Shown in pieces: positions 53,101 through 64,000 of a stretch of DNA of 64,000 bases. This DNA comes from Azolla caroliniana (taxonomy: Eukaryota > Plantae > Polypodiophyta): assembly GCA_043228905.1 (NCBI GenBank), contig JBHGNT010000010.1, positions 19,034,001 to 19,098,000 on the forward strand. The letters run 5' to 3'. The notes beneath the pieces are model-generated. The model was not told the origin of the DNA and searched no databases. It worked only from the letters and a program-made list of their open reading frames with translations. The translations under genes were made by a program, and so were the position numbers. Positions within the stretch are counted from its first letter, which is position 1; every line of letters starts with the position of its first letter.

Positions 53101-56100
53101 GATTTGCATTCCGTCATACCGAATTTGAAGAGCATAGTCAGCACATAGTGGTGTTGACTGATCAGTATGCCTTCGGGGGTTCGGATCACTTTGATCCCGA
53201 GGAAGTAATGAAGGTCTCCTAGATCCTTCATCTCGAATGATGCTGTGAGCTGGGATTTGACGTGGTCGATTTCGTCCAGGTCGGCGTCGGCGACGACTAA
53301 ATCATCAACATAAAGTAAAATACTAACCGGCCCGTTTCGACCTTGCCGGATGAAGAGAGAAGAGTTTGATTTCGACGGAGCAAACCCCATCCGACGCAGT
53401 CTCAGCGTGATTTTCGTGTTCCAGGAGTGCGAGGCTTGCTTGAGTCCGTAAAGGGACTTTTTCAGTTGGCAAACGACCGAAGTGTTCATTCCGGACTGAA
53501 ATCCCGGGGGCTGAACTATAAACACCTGTTCATCAAGATCACCTTGCAAGAACGCGTTTTTCATGCCACCACAAGCAAGACATGGACGATCGTCATCTTT
53601 GCGACCGGCGCGAACGTCTCATCGTAGTCGATGCCGTGTTGTTGCGTGTAGCCCTTTGCCACTAATTGGGCCTTGTACTAGTTGACGGAGCCGTTGGTGT
53701 TGTATTTGACCTTGTACACCCATCGGCAACTTATCGGCTTCACTCCTTTTGATACATTGACTAAATCCCACGTCTCGTTTTCCGTGAGTGCGTGCATCTC
53801 TTCCTCCATGGCCTTCCGGCAGTTCGGATACTTAGCCGCCCGCTTCTACGTATATCTCTGGCTCACGCACGGCTGCCACCTTCACCATGTACGCATAATG
53901 ATGCACCATATACTCATTATACCCGTACCTTTTCACGGGGTTTTTTTGGCGGGTGGTTCGGCACGATTCTTGATTCGCCGATTTCGCGGCCCTCTTGGCC
54001 GACGCAGACTTCTCTTTTGAAGATCCCTCGTTGTTTTGTCCAGAGTCGGATCCGCTTGGATCTGACTCAGCTCTGCCGATGTCGTACTCCGGCATCTTCT
54101 TCTTCCCCTTTTCTTTGCGCATGAACCATCTCCTCGATTCCTTCCACGGGGAGAGCACGGCCAAGTCATCACTACTCCTTGGCTCGAGATCCGGTTGACC
54201 ACTCCAGCTCAACCAGTCTGGATTCAGTCCACTCATTCGGAAAGAAGTCGGACTATCGGGCTGTTCGGATTCCGCGACACTTCTCGCTGTTCCGGATTCG
54301 ACCAAATCATCTATAGCAATCGGTTTGGGCTCGGGTTTGCGTGGAGAGAAGTACCAAGTTATTGTTGACCACGAGGTCGTAGACGAGGAGTGCTTCATCA
54401 AAAATGACATTTCAGCTTACTCAGACCGCTTTCAATCAGTGGTCATAACACTTATAACCCTTATGTTCATCCGAGTAGCCGACGAGAATGCACTTTTCGG
54501 ATTTCGTGTCTAACTTCCTCTATTTTTCCTATGGTACATGCACATATGCAATGTTACCGAATACCCGAAGGTGTGTCAAATTCGGTTTCCGCTCGAAATA
54601 TAGTTTGTGCGGCGACACCGTTGTCCCTGAGGTAGATATCTGATTCTAGATGTAGACGGTTGTCCGAATTGCCTATGCCCAATAAAACTTGGGCATGCTT
54701 TTCTCCTCAAGCATCGCCCTTGCCGCTTCTACCAACGTTCTGTTTCGACCCTCAGCCACGCCGTTCTGCTCCGGCGTGTATGTGCAAGAGAATTACCGTC
54801 GGATTCCCTTCGTTTGCAGATAGCTCGTGAACTGGCCGGAAAAGCACTCTTTTTTGCCATCCGATCTCAAACACTTGATCTTTCTTCCGGTCTCATGTTC
54901 TACAAGGTTCTTCAAATCCCGGAAACACGAGAATACTTCGCTTTTCTTCTCGATTAGATAGATCCAAGTGTGCCAAGTGAAATCGTCGATGAAGGAGACA
55001 AAATACCGACTCCCACCAATGCTCACGTTTTTTGCCGGTCCCCAGACATCTGAATGGATGAGATCAAGCCGATTCCAACTTTGATTCTTCTCATTGGGGA
55101 ACGGAAGCCTATGTTGCTTCCCTAGCTGGCAAGCTTCACATATTTGGCCTTTCCGGCCACTGAACTTCGGCAGTCTGGAAACTACGTGTTCCGACTGCAG
55201 CCCGTGAAGCTTCCAGAAATTGATGTGGCCGATCCGCTTGTGCCACAGGTCGATGTCTGACTCGACCTTCTGCCCTTTTGCAAACATAGCAGTGCCAACA
55301 TCATTCGTTTCGAGGATAAACATCCTCTCGTCTCGGCGCCCTTGCGCAATGACTTTGCCCTCTTCTTCGATGAAGCACCCAAGGTGCGTGAACCAAACTT
55401 GCATCCCTTGATCGACAATCTGTCCAACCGAGACCAGATTCTTTGTGATTGTCGGGATGTGCAGGACGTTCATCAACTTTCCTTTTTGCCCAACAGGGTT
55501 GAGGGGAACCTCTCCAATGTGCTTGATGGTATGCGGGGTGTCGTCTCCGGTTTCAACCCCCCTTGGTTGTTCCGGTTTTTCTAGATAAGCAAACCACTCC
55601 GTGTGGCTTGTCATATGGTTTGACACTCCGGAATCAACATACCATACCTCATTTGGTTTCGAGGTGCTTGTCTTCATCGAATTGGCCTTGTGTTTCATCA
55701 CAAAGGTTGGGCCCTGATCCATCTTCGGAACCGGATCCTTCCGCTCCCTCCACGTAGTGTGAGCTTTGTCGGTTTCCCTGTCCGGCCTTGCCGGATCCGG
55801 ATTTCTCCGAATCGGCGTGCGTCTTCTAGCACTCGCTCTCTCCGTGGCCCTTCCGACCACAGTACCAATAGTCCGTCGCAATCTTGTCCCGCCGGCTCCC
55901 ATAACTACCTTGACTCCCCGTGCTTGTGGAGGGTCCAGAACTGTTGTCGGCACCATCATTGTGCCTCCAATTTTGCTCTTGTCGGCCGCTTCCACCGCGT
56001 GCCGAATCCGCTGCAGTTTACAACATCTTGTTATCAGTGTGCATGCTTGTTGACACACCCGCATGGTTCTCCTCTACTAGGAGCATTGACTGTAAGTTGA

Positions 56101-58079
56101 AAAACAAGGGAGTATTCTCCCTTGTACAGACTGTCGTCCGGAATGCTCCGAACTTTGACGTTAGGCCCCCGAGACAGACCTGCACCATCTCATCTTCTGC
56201 GACAATCATGTTGATAGAGGCAAGTGAGTCACAGATGTCTTTGATCTGGGCCGTATAGTCGGCCACCGACATGTCCTTCCATCGGACATTGCTCAACTCC
56301 TATCGGAGTTGCAGGTTCCGGGCCGTGGTGCTTGCGACGAAGACCTTCTTCAGGTTCCCCAAGCTTCCTTCGGCGTCTTGGCGTCCCGGATATGGCTCAG
56401 CAGCTGATCGCTGACACTGGACCAATGCAGTACATAACTTTGTTTGCCGCTTGTTCCCAAGTCGGGAAGTCCCTATGTGCCTCATCAGGTGCCGTATCGT
56501 TAGCTCCGTCGACATAACTCCAGTAACCGTGCTCGAGCAGGTACTGGTGCATCTTGTACGACCAAGATGCGTAGTTGGATCTGTCGAGCTTCTCCGTCGA
56601 GAGCGAGCTAGCCATTCCTCTGTCCATTCTAACCTTGTTTTCTATTTTCTACCAGGTGTTAGGGTTTGTCGTCGGAAATCGCTTGTCAGTTGCAAAGGTT
56701 TTCAACCCTCGCGCTCTGATACCATGTAAAAGAATATGATTGCGGAAGCTAAGACAAAACCGGCTCAACTGGATAGCAAAAGAATATAGACACAGGTTTA
56801 ATGGTAACCTTAACATAGGAGAGACTGAGAGAGCAGAACAATAAACTCAATTCAAAATAATAACACTTTGTACATACAATGTGCTCAGTGAACACTTTTA
56901 TACAAGTCCTTACACGAACTGACAGAAGCACTGACATGTACTCCAATGCTCATACGAGCGACTGACACTGACTCCTAAAAGTATGCCTACGTACTAGGCT
57001 AGATTCGTAGGCCTCTAACGGCCTACCGTTTCCAATCCGATCTGGCTCATTGTTCCGGACACCAATCTAGTTCTTCGTTCCGGACTTCGATCCAGCTCTG
57101 GCTTATTCAGCCGATACGGATCCAATTGAGCTTGTCCACGCAACAAAGCTGGGATATAAAAAAACAAAACGAAAAAAATTGTGAATCATCTTGTTCTTTA
57201 AATAATTTATATTATTTACATATTTATTATCAACATGCAATTGTTGTCTATTATGTCTTATTAGTATTGTCTAGAGGCAGCGGTATTGTTTTCAATCATT
57301 GGGTCATGTAAAGTGATTTCTGAAGTCGCATTTCTAGGATCAAACATTTAAATGTGCTTGCACAAGCAGAAAATATGCGCTTGATTTAAAATAAGCACAA
57401 CATCAAGCCCATTGTTCAGACTCGAAGTGTGACCTTACTTTGCAACATACAAGCATTATATCTACAGCATTGTGTTTATGTGGTTAAATCTAAGAGTTCT
57501 AATAAAATAATTGTTCGACTAAACAATAATTCAGTGAGGCTATCTAGGAAATCTTATATAACATATAAAGGTGATACTTTCAGTGTAGACTTTTATTCAT
57601 TAGTAAATGTGCGTGCTCTCTTTGCAACCTCCCTAAAAGATTCATAACTATTTGGATGAAGGCTATTTTGTCCATATATATAGGACGAAGGCTATTTTGT
57701 CCATATATATAGTTTAAATGAAATGGCAGGGCTTGCAATGCGATGTCATCTAGAGACCTTTAGCTATTAATAAATCTGCATGGTTCTCTTTGCAATCTCT
57801 CTAAAAGATTCATTCCTAATTGGACTAAGGATATATATATATACATGTGGATTGCAGGGCTTGCAATGGTATGCAGAGAAGCTTAAGATGGATGAAGATG
57901 GTGATGTTGCCCAAGAATTCTTAATTGAAGCCATTACGTCACCCTCGGCTCTGGACAGCCATAACTTAGAAGTCAAGATTCCTGCAAAGCCAATAAGGTT
58001 GAAAGGTCCAATATGCATATTGAACGGTAATGTGTATCAATATGTGGAAACTGTTCCAGGTGTACATTCAAAATGCTAA
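50174..58079 (+). CDS. Small (132 aa) conserved plant protein of unknown function; exons 50174-50350 and 57858-58079
   Basis: A phase-0 GT-AG intron joins [14 protein letters not shown]|[23 protein letters not shown] recall this motif (GGVQGL.WY...L..DEDGDVA.EFL) from uncharacterised land-plant proteins. N-terminus [17 protein letters not shown]. Confidence 0.8.
51718..52127 (-). repeat. 3' LTR of the copia element (410 bp)
   Basis: tgtaaaagaatatgattgcgg...gagcttgtccactcaaca, adjacent to the PPT. Confidence 0.92.
56725..57145 (-). repeat. 5' LTR of the copia element (421 bp)
   Basis: tgtaaaagaatatgattgcgg...gagcttgtccacgcaaca, adjacent to the PBS. Carries a ~21-bp segment missing from the other LTR. 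Confidence 0.92.
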
Positions 58080-58202
58080 TTAAAATAAAACATGGAAGAT
58101 TTTTTCCTCTTTTTTGTTTTTCTTTTTTAAAGGGTTATTATTACCTTATAGATTTCAATGCAAATTGTTTGCACACATTCAAATGATGATGACGACGACG
58201 AC

Positions 58203-58560
58203 AATAGTTTTATTATGTTCAGCTTGAACATTGCCTGTAAATGACATTGTATCCACAGGTTATATAACCTTTTAAGATAATAGAAAAGGTGAATGGAGGG
58301 TCTCTTTTTTAATAGAAGGGCATAATTGTTCTATTATGTTCAGCTTGATAATTGCCTGTAAATGACATTGCATTCAGAGATTCTTTATATAACCTTTTAA
58401 GTTAATAGAAAAGGTGAATGGAGGGTCTCTGTTTTAATAGAGAGGCATAATTGTTCTATTATGTTCAGCTTGAAAATTGCCTGTAAATGACATTGCATTC
58501 AGAGGTTATATAACCTTTTAAGTTAATAGAACAGGTGAATGGAGGGTCTCTTTTTTAACC
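58203..58560. repeat. Three ~120-bp tandem units downstream of the unknown-function gene
   Basis: tattatgttcagcttga...ttgcctgtaaatgacattg...tatataaccttttaag...ggtgaatggagggtctct x3. Confidence 0.9.
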
Positions 58561-60869
58561 AGAGGGGACTATATTAGATTAGCATGGATTCAATAGGATA
58601 GATTTCAAATAAACTTTATCGCAACACAAACATTTTTTTTAGTTTTTTTTTTTATAATTGTTCATGGCATCTCTTGTTCATGATATGTTATCTTTCCTTA
58701 CCCAACAATACTGCATATAAGATTGAATATACAACATCATATGCAAGTCAATCATGTATTGTATGGTGCATATAAGTATAAACAAATAAATGTATGCAAA
58801 TAAATCAAGTACCATCACCTCACCTAGTGAGGGATATTGCGTGAAAAACATATGATGGGTATGGATACCGGTTTACATGGCAAAAGATATAAATGGTTTC
58901 ACTAGGGAAATATGCCTTTCCTAAGTAGACTACCTTTGCCATAAAAAGTTAGCTCGAGAAGAAACACTTCGGAGTTCCTACATGAATGTATGTATTTCCT
59001 TCATCTTTGGAATGTAGTGGGAACAACATTTTCTCAAAATCTTGTACTATGGAAACCTAGATGACTTACCAAATTTGGAACCATGCCATGGTTAAATAGA
59101 TTAACAATAGCAATGCTAATGTCAAGTAGTTAATGTAATCGGGAGGGACATTGCACACAGAGAAAACTTGTAAGAGTGTCGATAACTGTAACAACTTTGT
59201 TTCCAAAGTCTATGTACAGTAGGAGAGCACAATGGCCATCCCTCATCTAATAATTTAATGAGGGGTGTGAGTAACAAACATCGTATGAAATTTGGTAGTG
59301 GACAACATAGCTACAAACAATTTCATGACAACATTACCAAAGTGCCCGTTGTCTTCGTGTGAGGAGCACCAAAAGTGATACAACCTTCATCCACGTTTAT
59401 GACTTGAAAGGGAGAGCAATTGTTATCGTGTTCTCCATGCGACATTATGAGGTCATGTAGGGTTGAAGTGGGGTAAATAGGTTTTTGTAACTTGTTTTTT
59501 GAATATAGGTTGACAAAACCACCAATCTATCTCCTTAGAGTTGAACCCCTGAGACAAAGGTGTGGAAAGGAAACTAGTGTGGTTGGTGAGTAAAGTTGGC
59601 CATCACCACAGTAGTGTATTACTCTCGTTGAAGCATCATTGAAAAGACCATGAAAGAGAAATTTAGATTGGAGCAACAAAATAGTTCAATAAATGGAAGC
59701 AAAAATGCCAATAAAATTATGAACAATGCATTGATGGAGAAGCTTGAAAGTAGCAAATTGAAGAGAATTACATCAATACTTCAAATATATTACTCCATTG
59801 TGATGGAACATAATGAATGCCAATTATAAGCTTAAGAGTTAAGTTAAAGAAACAAAGAAGAGATTATACTAGGGTTTTGAAGGTCACTCGACATTAACCC
59901 ACTCTAGCAAGAAAAATATAAAAGGATTTATTTTCAAAACAAAATGCAATTTCTCGAGCAATGATATATAACAGTGACCTACTTGTTTGCTCTCACCAAG
60001 CTATAGTGCATATTTTCAAAGGCTGATAACACAATACCTAATTATGGCATTTTTGTTGAGAGGGGATCCTTGCCCATTTCATGGTCACAGAGGGGCCACT
60101 TAAATACAAAGAGATGATAAATGGGCTTAACGCTAATTACATTGCACTGAAACATGGCAACCAAGTTGAGAGAGAAATCTTTTCCTAAGTTCCAATAATG
60201 ACTTCAAGGAGGGGGTCTAAGGATGGTATCACAATTAGCCACGATGCTCTGATATCATAAAGTACAAAAAGGGGATTCATCTGAACTGTTGTTTCGGGGG
60301 GGGGGGAGGATTTGTGCCACACATGTCAAGACCAACGAATACTCATCCACAAAAAGTGTCGAGAGAGAGAGAGAGAGAGAGAGAATCAATGAATATGCAA
60401 CGTAATAGTTTGCCCACTACTTGTGAGACTACTTGGCAAGGTAATTCAAGAACCAGGGAGGATCCTTGAAAAGTATCTTGGCAATGCCAATTTAGGGATA
60501 AGGGATTACGCCTTCACCTTCAATTTGATTCATTGGGACGGGTTGTAAAATCATAGGATTCTCGAGGTTTTCGTCAAGCGGGAGGACCTAAACAAATGAT
60601 TTCAATAGAAAACCTTAAGGATGTGGTGCACAAGAATCCATATGTAGCATTGGAACATGCTTTGACTAGTTTCATGACATCGGTTGCTCTAAAGGAGCAA
60701 GTGCACCCATAACATTGTTGATTGAATGGAAGTGGTAACATGGAATGTGAGAGGGGCTTGTTCTCCTCATAAGAAGTATATATTATGGGAAACATTTTTA
60801 AGTAACTAATGGGATGTATTATGTGCAGTTGAGCATAAGTGTCATGGGTTAGCAGGATCCACAGTTCAT

Positions 60870-61867
60870 TTGCGTATATATTCATCATTCTATGTAGGAC
60901 ATCTTAATAATCATTATTTAGGTGTGTTATTAATTGTGCGGGATAAATATTATCCTCAAGTGGTGCATAATGATCCTTATGGTTGGTATTTGGTTCTAGA
61001 AATCACGTTTTTTGGCGAGGTTGTGTGGGTAGTTGGGATTTATGCCCCTAACAAAGCCACTCAACATATTGCATTATGGGGCTCACTCCTTCAAACCTTA
61101 TGCGTGGGCCGTCCAAGATTACTTATGGGTGATTTAAACATGTGTGTCGATGCATCTCAATCTACGTCTAAACATTCAATCATGGATGATCCTTAGCAAC
61201 TTGCTTGGGATGCGTTGGTTATGGAGGTTTTGAAGTTGGATGTTTGGACATGATTGCATGGGAATGATCCAAGTTTTACTTTCCAATCAACTCAACATAT
61301 ACAAACATGGAGTCAGTTAGATAGAATGTATGTGATGCACGATTCTTTTTTACCGACATCACTTCGTATGACAGTTCTACAAGATGTCAGAACTTCAAAT
61401 CACTTTCCTATTTGTTTGGAGGTTTGTAGTCATGCAATTGACATGTATAAATCCTTACTTAGAAAGCCTCCATTACGCTTTAACTCTTCTCCTTTGCTTC
61501 AACCTCGACTTGATTCTCTCATGGAACAAATTTTGGTAAATTTTTCACAATAAGTGATTCTTAAGGAGTTAAAGCATGGGATATCACGTTACAAAACATT
61601 AAGATCATTCATCGTATGTATGGAGTAACTAATGCTCAACGAAGAAGAGGTCTTCTTCGACAATTATCACAAGTTCTCTCTATGTGTAAGGCATTATTGA
61701 TACATGCACCATTAGACGAGGAACTTTTGGATATCCAAAGTCAATTACAGGTTATTATTTCTCAGTTGCAATGCCAAAGTTATCGTTATGCGAAGATGCG
61801 TCAACTGAGGGATGGGCTCATAGATAATCAACGTCGATCTCATTTGTTTTTCCAAGAGAGCTTGTAA
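60870..61867 (+). mobile_element. Decayed LINE ORF2 5' part (APE endonuclease domain)
   Basis: GIYAPN, LMGDLN, FTF...SQLDRMY and TSNHFPI match APE/EEP endonuclease motifs (NIYAP, GDFN, RLDR, SDH.P). In-frame stops are present. Confidence 0.8.
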
Positions 61868-63900
61868 CGGAGGTCTGAGTGGCCCTTGTGTGAATGAAAG
61901 TGGTGGTTCCCTTTTTTCTTTTGTTTTCCCGGGACGTTCTGCTGCTCTCGGTCGTCTTCTCAGCCTACGGTTTTTGCCTGGGGGCTCATCACGAGGGGCT
62001 CATTAGGGGCGGGTGGCATTGGTAGCGTGATAGGAATATGTATGTAATTTGTGAGCCCTTAGGGTGGGGTCGGGGTGGGCGGGCGGGTAGCGGGCTTTTT
62101 CGTTCTTTCGTCTCGTTTTTCTTGAGTCCATATTCTGTCTCTCGTTCTGTCTGTCTGTCTGTCTGTCTGTCTCATATTTGCTCTGTTTGTGTGTGTGTGT
62201 GTGTGTGTGTGGGGGTCTTCGTTGATTTGATTTAGGTCATCATTTCCTTCATTTTGGTGTTTTGTTTTGGTTCTTCTTTTTCTTCTTTTTCTTCTTCTTC
62301 TATACCCTTCTTTCTTCCCTTTCCTCTCCTTTTTCTGAAGAAACCCCGCGCAGGAACCGCAGCAGCAGCAGCAGCAGCAAAGCAGTCACGCAAGCAGAGG
62401 GAAGAATCACCTCTGTCTTTTCTTTTTTTGCTTGCTTTGCCGCGTACCTCCCTCCTTCCTTCAACACAGCTTCCGCAGCAGCAGTCAGGTAAATCATTCT
62501 TTCTCTCTCTCTCTCTCTCCATGCTTTCCTCTTCCCACAGTCTTTCTTTCTCCTCCTCCTCCTCCTCTTCTAAAGAAGAGAACTGTCTTTACGCTCCTTG
62601 AGAACATATCTTTCTCCTCTGCATAGCTGCAGCACAAGGTAAACGTCGCTTCTTTCCTGTCTTGCTTCTTGCTTCTTGCTTCTTCTTGCTTCTTCTTCTT
62701 CTTCTTCGGAAGAGAACTGTCTTTTAGCTCGTCGAGAACATTTCTCTTCCTCCCATCGTCAGTTTCTTCTCAAGAGAAGAACTGTCTTTGCGTTCGTCGA
62801 GAAACTTTCTCTTCGACGCTCTTTCAGCAGAAGGTAAGTATTTGTTCCGTTTCTTCTTTCTTCTTCTTCATCTTTTCTTGCATTTGCAAATCGTACTCTT
62901 AATTTTGTCATCTATTATGCGTATATATGTCTGCAATTTAGTTTTTACACAATATACTAGTGCAAGTAGAAGATATTTTCTCTCCTATGAACTGTATAGA
63001 TACATATGTGAAAATGATATATTCTTGCAAATAGCCTTTAATATGCGTAGGTATGTATGTAGACTTCTAGTTTTTACACCATATATCTTCTCGAGATCTC
63101 ACATTTTGTGCGGATAATCTTTGTCTGTACAAATCTAGGTCTTACACTATATCTTCTCGCAAGTATCTGTAATTTGAACCATATAATGTGTTTATATATT
63201 CGTGAAACTCTCAGTTTTACACCATAGTTGATTGCAAATAATTTAGTTTTTGTCACATTTTTTTCATATATTTGTACAAATTTGGATTTCACATCACATG
63301 TTCTTGAGAATAGTTGCATTTTGTAATAAATGATTTGTATATTATGATTTTAGTCGTGAATAGTTTAATTCTGTAATATTTGATTTTAGGCATGAATAGC
63401 CATTTATGTCTCTTACTATTTCTGTTAATTTTAGCAGCAGTTGTCTTCATTTTTGTTATTTGGAAATCTCACATGGATCGTCCAGAAAATACTGTCAAAA
63501 AGGATAATGACGTTAAATATTTTTCAGTAAATTTTATGCCTTCTACTCATCAACGAAAGCAAAATGCAGTTATAATGCCGTGAAAAATGCAGAAGAAACT
63601 GGATCATAACAATAAATATTTAATGCAGTTGGCAGGCATATGTATATTTTTACATAAATGTTTCGCCAATACCCCTTAAGGATAAATAGAGGCAAAGCCT
63701 TGAGTCTTTTTTGTTAGTATTATTCAATTCTATCAAGTTTTAACATCTCATACTTCCAGGAAATTATTTTGAATGTCATAGATTGTTAAGACACTAGAAC
63801 ATTCTTGGACTTGTTTGTATTAGCACTAACTTTTATAGTATAAGCTTGTTTGTTAGGAGAGTAGTCTTAACTTGCTAGTGATTTTATTTTCTTCTTAGAC

Positions 63901-64000
63901 ATGAGGCGACGGAGTCCTAGTTATAGCCCTCCCAGAAGGGGTTATGGTGGAAGGGAGAGGAGCCCTCCACGAGGGCGATATGGAGGATACAAAGATGCCT
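63901..64000 (+). CDS. Start of an SC35-like (SCL) serine/arginine-rich splicing factor; runs off the window
   Basis: After a pyrimidine tract and AG acceptor, ATG opens MRRRSPSYSPPRRGYGGRERSPPRGRYGGYKDA, resembling the N-terminal extension of plant SCL30a/SCL33 proteins. The RRM is not in the window. Confidence 0.7.
   Translation, partial: MRRRSPSYSPPRRGYGGRERSPPRGRYGGYKDA

Larger units (their letters stand above)
51718..57145 (-). mobile_element. Ty1/copia LTR retrotransposon, structurally complete but with disrupted gag-pol, inserted antisense in the intron of the unknown-function gene
   Basis: TG..CA LTRs, 5-bp TSD AAGCT (51713-51717, 57146-57150), tRNA-iMet PBS (gctctgatacca, 56713-56724) and PPT (ctccccctca, 52128-52137). 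Domains in copia order: gag ([10 protein letters not shown]), protease (WYVDSG), integrase ([15 protein letters not shown]), RT ([15 protein letters not shown]), RNase H start (SWSSKKQ). Frameshifts and stops are present. Confidence 0.96.

Noticed and set aside
58900-60260. PBS-like gctctgatatca at 60246-60257 suggesting an LTR element
   Set aside because: No LTR pair, TSD or readable domain was found nearby.
62232-62902. Lys/Glu-rich and Ser/Phe-rich ORFs
   Set aside because: Low-complexity translations of the CT/CTT-rich leader region.

Overview
Eukaryotic, AT-rich, intron-containing land-plant nuclear DNA. The taxon cannot be fixed from the sequence; a non-seed plant such as a fern is only a guess from protein divergence and transposon types. 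Nine host genes were reconstructed by hand-splicing: the 3' part of a CYP98A-type P450 (+), ALG9 mannosyltransferase (-, 10 exons, one GC-AG intron), an intronless plant calmodulin-binding-domain protein (-), plastid-division MinD (-), an IQD-like protein (-), a PP2A B'' regulatory subunit (-, 12 exons), an ATG8 ending in an exposed Gly (-), a small conserved unknown protein (+), and the start of an SCL-type SR splicing factor (+). Mobile DNA includes a Ty1/copia element with both LTRs and a 5-bp TSD inside an intron, a decayed Ty3/gypsy element in ALG9 intron 1, a 953-bp non-autonomous Mutator-like element with a 9-bp TSD, and LINE fragments. Many short local tandem duplications lie near gene ends. 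The most unusual signal is an array of six degenerate copies of the MinD C-terminal membrane-targeting coding sequence that spans the stop codon and stays open in the -1 frame. No rRNA, intact tRNA or CRISPR array was seen, and I found no convincing novel multi-gene system.
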